Shown here piece after piece: positions 57,670 through 64,000 of a stretch of DNA of 64,000 nt. This DNA is from a virus. How positions within the stretch are numbered: position 1 is the first letter of the stretch; the number at the start of each line of letters is the position of its first letter. A program made the position numbers and the translations under genes. The stretch lies in UHGV virus genome UHGV-0036582, one strand, 5' to 3'. Under the pieces are notes generated by a model. It ran no database searches. It saw only the letters and a list, made by a program, of their open reading frames with translations, and was not told where the DNA came from.

Positions 57670-60600
57670 CTTCTCACTTGGGGAGTCGGCTCTAAAAGCA
57701 GAAAACGCGGTGAAGATTGCCAGAGAAGCTGGCTACACCGCTGTAATTTCAGCAGATAGCATGAATATTGCGAGCGTTATTCCACTACAACGTGCCGCTG
57801 GTGACGACATGGCGGTTATTTGTGGTGTGAAACTAAACATTGTTGATGATCCCACATACGAGCACCGGGCTAAACTTGCTAAAGAATCTATGAGATGTAT
57901 GGAATCATTAGAGCGGGGACGTAACTACTCGTTTACCGCTCTAATTAAAAATGAGCAAGGATATCGCGACATCTGCGAACTAATGACGGTGGCCAACACA
58001 CGAGAACAGTTCTACTTTGTACCGCGTCTCTCGCTCGAACAGTTGGTTTCTACATATGCCAAAGGCAACATCATCCTGCTCACTTCCGACATCGGTAGCG
58101 TGTTCCAACGCAACGATTTTGCAAAAATCATAAGCTCACTGATTACAGCGGGCGGGAAAGACAACTTCTATAGCGTGGTTTATCCGCACCCTACCCCATT
58201 CTACGACCAGATTAACGTCCGAGCGATGAAAGTAGCCAGCGCACTGAAAATAGAGCCAGTAGCGTTCTATCCCGCTTATTACGAATCGATCGACGATGCA
58301 GACATTAAAGACATTGCGCACATGGTTACGAACAACATAAAAATCGACCAGCCGCATCGTCTGCGTATCCCCCACCAGCGAGATAACGCCATCAATGGTC
58401 GTCGCCATCTCCTTGAGGCGCTTAAAGCCTTCTCCGTTCGCATGGATGTGCCGGTAACAGCTGCAATGGCCTCAACAACGCAGGACTCCATTATCGATGC
58501 CTGCACATGGCGCTGGCATGAATTGCCACCAGCACTGCCCAAGATGGCAGACGACGAACCTGCAACGCTGATGAAACTGGCTGTTGCAGGGCTGCGTAAA
58601 CGTCTTACCACAAAAGAGTTTGGATACACACCACCTGCTTCTGAGAACAGGGTTTATGTTGAGCGGCTAAAGTACGAAATGGACACGCTGACTCGCCTGG
58701 GATTCTGTGGTTACTTCCTGATGGTACGCGATCTGATGAATCACAGCCGTGAAACTGGCATTCCTGTCGGGCCTGGTCGTGGTTCCTCTGCCGGTTCTCT
58801 GGTGGCGTGGTGCATAGGCATAACCAACGTCGACCCAATCCGTCACGGTCTTCTGTTTGAGCGTTTCATCAACCCTGAGCGTCTCGACTTGCCGGATGCG
58901 GACTTGGACTTCAGCCAGGCACGTCGCCATGAGGTGATCGAGTATCTGAATGAACGCTACGGCGAAGATTACGTTGCAGGCATTCCGAACTTCACCTACC
59001 TGGGCGCAGCCTCTGCACTACGTGACACCGCTCGTATTTATGGTGTGGAGTCCGCAGATATGGCGGTATCAAAAGAACTGAAGAACGTCGAGGATGATAG
59101 CCTTCCATTGGAAGAGCTGCGCGAACAACTGGCAAGTCTCGACAAATACGCAACAAAATATCCTGATGCATTCAATGCAGCCTGCAAGTTACAAAGCCTT
59201 ATGCGTGGCTTTGGTAGACATGCGGCAGGGATGATCGTAGCAGGTGTTCCTCTGACAGAACGTACACCGGTTGAACGCCGTGGTGACGCGCGTTGTATCG
59301 CATTTGACAAGCGTTACTGCGAGGCTATGGGCCTAATTAAGCTGGACGTACTTGGTCTGGCAACTCTCGATTTGCTCGATAGTGCAAAACGCTACATAAA
59401 AGAGAACACAGGTGAAGATATCAATCTTGATGCCATTTCTCTTGAAGATCGCAAGGTGCTGGATGGTTTTGCTGCTGGGTACACTCAAGGTGTTTTCCAG
59501 CTTGAATCAGGCCCAATGCGCAAGCTGCTTAAAGATTTAGGTGGTGGAATTGAGCCAATGAGCTTTAAAACGGTTGTTGCTACGACTGCGCTCTTCCGGC
59601 CGGGTCCAATTCAGTCAGGCATGTTGGATGACTATGTTTCTGTAGCCAAAGGCTTTATGACGCCGGAATCATTACACCCCGTTCTTGATGAACTTACCGC
59701 AGAAACAAATGGCGTGATTCTCTATCAGGAACAGACGATGAACGCGACTCGATTGCTTGCTGGCTTCACAATGGCTGAAGCTGACGGCGTTCGTAAAGCG
59801 ATCGGCAAAAAAGACATGGAAAAAATGAAGAGCATGGGCGAGAAGTTCATCGTTCAGGCTCAAGCTGGCTGGATAGACGTTGAGCTGGAAGATGGCACTA
59901 CACAGCGCATTCACCGTGCGGAACATTTTAAATGCGAAGACGGAACTCTGAAAACTGTCGAAGAGGCACTTGAGTACGGCGCAAAACTACCTATAAACGC
60001 AGTACGCGTTACAGCGTCACATCCAGGGCTATCAGAGATGAAAGCGAAGGAGATCTGGACCGCATTCGAAAAGAATGGTGCCTACCAGTTCAACAAATCA
60101 CACTCTGTTGCTTACTCCTTAATCAGTTATCAATCTATGTGGTTGAAAACTCATTATCCCGCGGAGTTCTTCGCTGCTGCTCTCACTATTCTTGGCGAAG
60201 ATAAACACCAGGGGCTGGTTAAAGATGCGCTGACCTATGGTATTCGCGTATTGCCACCAGACGTTAACGTGTCATCTAACCGAATCGAGATCCGCACGCT
60301 TGAAGATGGCAGCCAGGTGCTGTATGCGCCCTTCTCTGCTGTGAAAGGGTGTTCTGAGAATGGCTGCCAAGCCATCATGAGAGCGCGAGAAAAAGTTGGC
60401 GGCAAATTCGAGTCACTGGCGCAATTCGAAGAAGCTGTCGAGAAACGTGCCTGTAATAGTCGAGTGCGCGAATCACTGCAAAAAGTAGGTGCGTTTGCAT
60501 CCATCGAGCCAGGTAGTCTGCCAGCAACTGATCCAGAGCGTCTCCGCGACCAGGCTGAATTGATGGGAAACCTTGTCATAGACGCAGTTAAAGCCTCACG

Positions 60601-61162
60601 TCCGTTTGAGATGAACCCCAAACGTTCGGCTGAGATTAACGTGCTCATGACACGGATGGCGGCTGAAATGGGATTAGGTGATGAACTAATCCGCCCTAGC
60701 ATTGGCATTAAGCCGAAAATCATGATCATTCTGGACAATGCGAACGGCAATGATGCTCGAACCGGTTACTTTATGGAGAACGGATACGACGACTTTAAGG
60801 CCAAGCTATTGACGGCTGGAGATTTACGCATGGGCGATCTCTATGTCACAGGCGTTTGCAAGAAGGTTAAAGACAAAGAAAAAGACTACACCAAAGACGA
60901 GATCGGCCAGTTCACCGACTTTATACGTGAAGAGATCAATCTGGTGCGTCCGACCTATGTGCTGACGTGTGGCAGCCGGGCAACGGCATTGTTTAACAAC
61001 AAAAACAAGCCATCCGATTTGGTCGGCAGGAAGGAGTACCTTCCAGACCTTGACGTTACTGTCTTTTACGGGTTTAACCCCAACATTCTTTACTTCAGAC
61101 CTGAAGAGGGAGAACGACTAGAAGCGATATTAGCCGACGTAGCAGAAACCATTAAGACGTGA
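57644..61162 (+). CDS. dnaE: DnaE-type DNA polymerase III alpha subunit (PHP + polymerase core)
   Basis: 1172 aa; N-terminal PHP-like region, conserved blocks GFCGYFLMVRDL, GPGRGSSAGSLVAWCIGIT, LDFSQARR, GVFQLESG. Confidence 0.9.
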   Translation: MKALMVRTDFSLGESALKAENAVKIAREAGYTAVISADSMNIASVIPLQRAAGDDMAVICGVKLNIVDDPTYEHRAKLAKESMRCMESLERGRNYSFTALIKNEQGYRDICELMTVANTREQFYFVPRLSLEQLVSTYAKGNIILLTSDIGSVFQRNDFAKIISSLITAGGKDNFYSVVYPHPTPFYDQINVRAMKVASALKIEPVAFYPAYYESIDDADIKDIAHMVTNNIKIDQPHRLRIPHQRDNAINGRRHLLEALKAFSVRMDVPVTAAMASTTQDSIIDACTWRWHELPPALPKMADDEPATLMKLAVAGLRKRLTTKEFGYTPPASENRVYVERLKYEMDTLTRLGFCGYFLMVRDLMNHSRETGIPVGPGRGSSAGSLVAWCIGITNVDPIRHGLLFERFINPERLDLPDADLDFSQARRHEVIEYLNERYGEDYVAGIPNFTYLGAASALRDTARIYGVESADMAVSKELKNVEDDSLPLEELREQLASLDKYATKYPDAFNAACKLQSLMRGFGRHAAGMIVAGVPLTERTPVERRGDARCIAFDKRYCEAMGLIKLDVLGLATLDLLDSAKRYIKENTGEDINLDAISLEDRKVLDGFAAGYTQGVFQLESGPMRKLLKDLGGGIEPMSFKTVVATTALFRPGPIQSGMLDDYVSVAKGFMTPESLHPVLDELTAETNGVILYQEQTMNATRLLAGFTMAEADGVRKAIGKKDMEKMKSMGEKFIVQAQAGWIDVELEDGTTQRIHRAEHFKCEDGTLKTVEEALEYGAKLPINAVRVTASHPGLSEMKAKEIWTAFEKNGAYQFNKSHSVAYSLISYQSMWLKTHYPAEFFAAALTILGEDKHQGLVKDALTYGIRVLPPDVNVSSNRIEIRTLEDGSQVLYAPFSAVKGCSENGCQAIMRAREKVGGKFESLAQFEEAVEKRACNSRVRESLQKVGAFASIEPGSLPATDPERLRDQAELMGNLVIDAVKASRPFEMNPKRSAEINVLMTRMAAEMGLGDELIRPSIGIKPKIMIILDNANGNDARTGYFMENGYDDFKAKLLTAGDLRMGDLYVTGVCKKVKDKEKDYTKDEIGQFTDFIREEINLVRPTYVLTCGSRATALFNNKNKPSDLVGRKEYLPDLDVTVFYGFNPNILYFRPEEGERLEAILADVAETIKT

Positions 61163-61170
61163 TCCCATAA

Positions 61171-61197
61171 ACATGGCCTCTATGGCCATGTTTTCCC
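61171..61197 (+). terminator. putative terminator after dnaE
   Basis: ACATGGCC-TCTAT-GGCCATGT followed by TTTCCC; T-tract weak. Confidence 0.5.
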
Positions 61198-61287
61198 TTA
61201 TCCCCTCATATCCCCTATCCTCGAACTCCTTGCCTTATCATCACAATGATATAATCAATATAAAATGATAAGTAAAAAGGAAAGCAC

Positions 61288-61719
61288 ATGATCACCGATA
61301 TTTACGAGAAAATAATGTCTGATCTCGAGTTTGACCGAGACAATCTGGAGGAAGTCTGGCGTAGACAACCCCGCCTTTTAATGGAGTATGGCTCAAAACT
61401 CGCTCATGCAGAAAGAAGTGTCGCAGAGGCAAAACTTAACCTTGAAGCTGTTGAAGCAAAGCTATACGACACAGAGCGTAAGAACTTGAGTATGAACGGC
61501 ATTAAGTTCAACGAGTCTGTACTGGACGCTAAGGTTAAAACAAACCCACAGTATCTGTCTAAACGGCAGAAGTTGGATGAAGCACGGCACATCGCAGACA
61601 TATACAAACATGCTGTCGCCGCCTTTTCGCATCGCCGAGACATGATCGTTCAGGCGTCAAAGATGGCCATCGTTGAATTAGAGCGATTAGGCTCTGAACG
61701 CTTTATTACTCCCCGTTGA
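61288..61719 (+). CDS. hypothetical protein, possibly UvsY-like recombination mediator
   Basis: 143 aa, helical; loose resemblance to the T4 UvsY N-terminal pattern; position upstream of SSB. Confidence 0.3.
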   Translation: MITDIYEKIMSDLEFDRDNLEEVWRRQPRLLMEYGSKLAHAERSVAEAKLNLEAVEAKLYDTERKNLSMNGIKFNESVLDAKVKTNPQYLSKRQKLDEARHIADIYKHAVAAFSHRRDMIVQASKMAIVELERLGSERFITPR

Positions 61720-61836
61720 TTTTTGATAGATAATAAGTAAGTACTGATCTATCATTTAACAGCTCGAAAGAGCCACGAATGAACGAAAGCCCAACGCGCA
61801 TAGCGCCATCGGCCAAATCACAACAAGGAGAAACAC

Positions 61837-62865
61837 ATGTCTAAGACATTACTTGATTTGCTTAACAAAACTCGTGAAGACATTGCCGCCAAACGTGGTA
61901 ACAACGTTGATCTGACTCGCTTAAAAGACGGCGTCAACTATATCCGCATCTTCCCGAATAAAGACGACCCAAACGGTAAGTTCTTCCAGACTTTCGGTAT
62001 GCACTACGTTAAGTATCAGAACGAGGAAGGTAAAGAAGCAACCAACGCTTATATTTGTGAGCAACATACTCACGGTCGCGCTTGTCAGCTATGCGAAATG
62101 GTGATGGAAGGTCGCGCTCGTCACAAGGGTAACAAAGCAATGGAAGAACGCATCGGTCAAATGCGTGCCACTCCTCGCTACCTGGTCAACGGCATTCTTT
62201 CTGCTCGTGAGGATTTCGCAGATGCTGAGAAATGCCAGTTAATCGAGCTGCCGTCTACTGTATTCGATGATATCTGCAAAGCAATCACCGAAGACATCGC
62301 TGATGATATCGGCAATCCACTGAGCAAAGAGGAAGGCTACGCATTCCTGATTAAACGTACTGGCTCTGGTCGCGATACCAAATATGACGTCTCGCCTAAG
62401 CGTAAAGTCTACAAAGGCGATATCGAAGATAAATTCTGGAATACCCAGCATGATCTGATCGCATACGCAAATCAGGCTGATGAAACTCGTCTTCTGTCGA
62501 CAGTTCGCACTATGGGTCGTCTGATTGGCATCGCTGCACCAACTGCCGCAGCATCTGCACCAGCAATTTCCTCAACCGCGAAAACATCGGCTGCGGCACT
62601 ACCTGGATTTGGCTCTGTCACTGGTCATACAGAAGGAGCGACGGCTGTAGCAACCGCGCACACACCGGCTTCTGAACCAACCAGTCTGGTTGATGAAGAA
62701 ATCCTCCGTGCCGTTGAAACTGAATTTAAACCAGAGGCAAGTTCCGCTGCCGTTGCTGTATCAGTCAAAGAGTCTGAAGCAGTCGCAGCGACATCTGTAG
62801 CAACCGCATCTGCGACGGAAGATGAAGGTCTGGATGACCTACTGAGAGAGCTGGACTCTCTGTAA
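61837..62865 (+). CDS. gp32-like single-stranded DNA-binding protein
   Basis: IRIFPNKDD...HYVKY...YICEQHTHGRACQLCE parallels the T4 gp32 zinc site (His, Cys x3); acidic C-terminal tail DEGLDDLLRELDSL. Confidence 0.6.
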   Translation: MSKTLLDLLNKTREDIAAKRGNNVDLTRLKDGVNYIRIFPNKDDPNGKFFQTFGMHYVKYQNEEGKEATNAYICEQHTHGRACQLCEMVMEGRARHKGNKAMEERIGQMRATPRYLVNGILSAREDFADAEKCQLIELPSTVFDDICKAITEDIADDIGNPLSKEEGYAFLIKRTGSGRDTKYDVSPKRKVYKGDIEDKFWNTQHDLIAYANQADETRLLSTVRTMGRLIGIAAPTAAASAPAISSTAKTSAAALPGFGSVTGHTEGATAVATAHTPASEPTSLVDEEILRAVETEFKPEASSAAVAVSVKESEAVAATSVATASATEDEGLDDLLRELDSL

Positions 62866-62880
62866 TCCCATTACGTGACC

Positions 62881-62912
62881 AGTAAGGCGTCTACGGACGC
62901 CTTACTTTTTGG
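62881..62912 (+). terminator. intrinsic terminator after SSB gene
   Basis: AGTAAGGCGTC-TACG-GACGCCTTACT followed by TTTTGG. Confidence 0.7.
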
Positions 62913-62925
62913 AAGGAATGTACCG

Positions 62926-63870
62926 GTGAATTATCTCTTCGTAGATGGCAATAGCCTGGGTTATTACCACCAACAATCTGACAAATTGCACAACGGCGAA
63001 ATGGAAGTACAGGCTGCTTTCGGCTTTGTTAAGAACGTCCGTCGTTATGCCTCCATCCTCCATGCCCGACCTATGATTCTTTGGGATGGATTTAGTGACA
63101 AGCGTCGCGACTTTTACCCGGACTACAAAGCAAATCGCGACGACGATCCTGATATGAAAAAGATGAAGGAAGGCTTTGCTATCCAGAAGCCATACATCCT
63201 CAAAATGATGACCGCGCTTGGTGTTAACCAAATCATTGCAAAAGATGCAGAAGCGGATGATCTGGCCGGGCTGCTGGTATCCCGCATGGCACCGCAGCCA
63301 ACCGTTGAACACATCTATCTGTTAACAGGCGATAGCGACTGGCTTCAGTTAGTTCGCGAAAACGTAAGCTGGGTAAGCCTGCGTGAAGACGCCAAAAACA
63401 AGCAGGTTAATTTTGAGCAATTTGCGGAGCTGACAGGATTCGCCACGCCTCGCGCATTTTTGGAAGCAAAAGCATTACAAGGCGATAACTCGGACAACAT
63501 TAGCGGTGTTGGTGGCATTGGTGCTGGCGGTGCGAAAGAGCTGCTGCATGAATGGGGAAGTGTCGCAACGATGGTACGCGGCATCAACGACGGCTCAATC
63601 GTGGTTAATAAAGGGCGTCATAAGACCGCCTTCAACAAACTAGCGAAGAATGCCTTCAACGAGAAAACAGGCTGTCGAATGCTCGAAGCGTTCAAGAGAA
63701 ACATCACCCTAATGAACCTGATTGAGACGAAGTTTCCGCCTACCGAAATCGAAACAATCAAAGGCAATCGTGACGTGAAAGCATTCGAGCAACTGTGCTA
63801 CGAGCTGAATTTCCGTTCGTTCCTTGAAGACCTTGAAGTGTTTGTTCTTCCATTCGAAAGGTATTGCTAA
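62926..63870 (+). CDS. 5'-3' exonuclease / flap endonuclease (FEN, PIN + H3TH)
   Basis: LFVDGNSLGYY, LTGDSDWLQL, GVGGIGAGGAKELL motifs; GTG 62926 after GGAAGG RBS; track ORF start 62875 lies inside the upstream terminator. Confidence 0.85.
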   Translation: MNYLFVDGNSLGYYHQQSDKLHNGEMEVQAAFGFVKNVRRYASILHARPMILWDGFSDKRRDFYPDYKANRDDDPDMKKMKEGFAIQKPYILKMMTALGVNQIIAKDAEADDLAGLLVSRMAPQPTVEHIYLLTGDSDWLQLVRENVSWVSLREDAKNKQVNFEQFAELTGFATPRAFLEAKALQGDNSDNISGVGGIGAGGAKELLHEWGSVATMVRGINDGSIVVNKGRHKTAFNKLAKNAFNEKTGCRMLEAFKRNITLMNLIETKFPPTEIETIKGNRDVKAFEQLCYELNFRSFLEDLEVFVLPFERYC

Positions 63871-64000
63871 TGCTTAAATCGATTATCAATGGCGCTACAA
63901 CCACCCCTGCCCAACTGGCAAAAGAGATTGTCTTTTATCACGGTGAGTACGCTGTCATCGCACTGCCGTCAATTCTAGGCGCTGCCGGAATGAAAGCGAC
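63870..64000 (+). CDS. partial ORF running off window end
   Basis: ATG overlaps FEN stop (TAATG); 43 codons visible. Confidence 0.3.
   Translation, partial: MLKSIINGATTTPAQLAKEIVFYHGEYAVIALPSILGAAGMKA

Overview
The window reads as one nearly continuous stretch of a tailed dsDNA phage genome (or a prophage copy of it), siphovirus-like with a long non-contractile tail. All calls rest on motif reading by eye; no database search or computation was run. Layout: (1) a leftward early operon at 1263-5872 with an SF2 DEAH helicase, a lipoprotein and a secreted protein; (2) a rightward block starting with a ParB-like x2 / ABC-ATPase / GNAT cassette, then TerS, TerL, portal, scaffold, major capsid, Ig-like decoration, connectors, major tail protein, G/GT chaperones, a 1529-aa tape measure, a lambda-like M/L/K/I/J tail-tip module and a 1292-aa tail fibre with a C-terminal S74-type chaperone; (3) a lysis cassette with overlapping spanins; (4) a ParA/ParG-like partition pair; (5) a GIY-YIG endonuclease on the minus strand; (6) a first replication module (DnaB-like helicase, primase, ATP-dependent ligase) with an antisense Sel1-repeat moron; (7) a structured non-coding leader plus four tRNA genes (Asn, Tyr, Thr, Ser); (8) a very AT-rich minus-strand moron, a glutaredoxin, a tyrosine recombinase and an XRE-type regulator; (9) a second replication module (CobT-like VWA, CobS-like AAA+, DnaE-type Pol III alpha, gp32-like SSB, 5'-3' flap exonuclease). 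No CRISPR array, rRNA or IS element was seen. The candidates I would look at first for something undescribed are the ParB/ParB/ABC/GNAT cassette, the AT-rich moron bounded by a thrice-repeated 17-mer, the partition-plus-recombinase-plus-repressor combination, and two recurrent intergenic motif families; none has a function I can establish from sequence alone.
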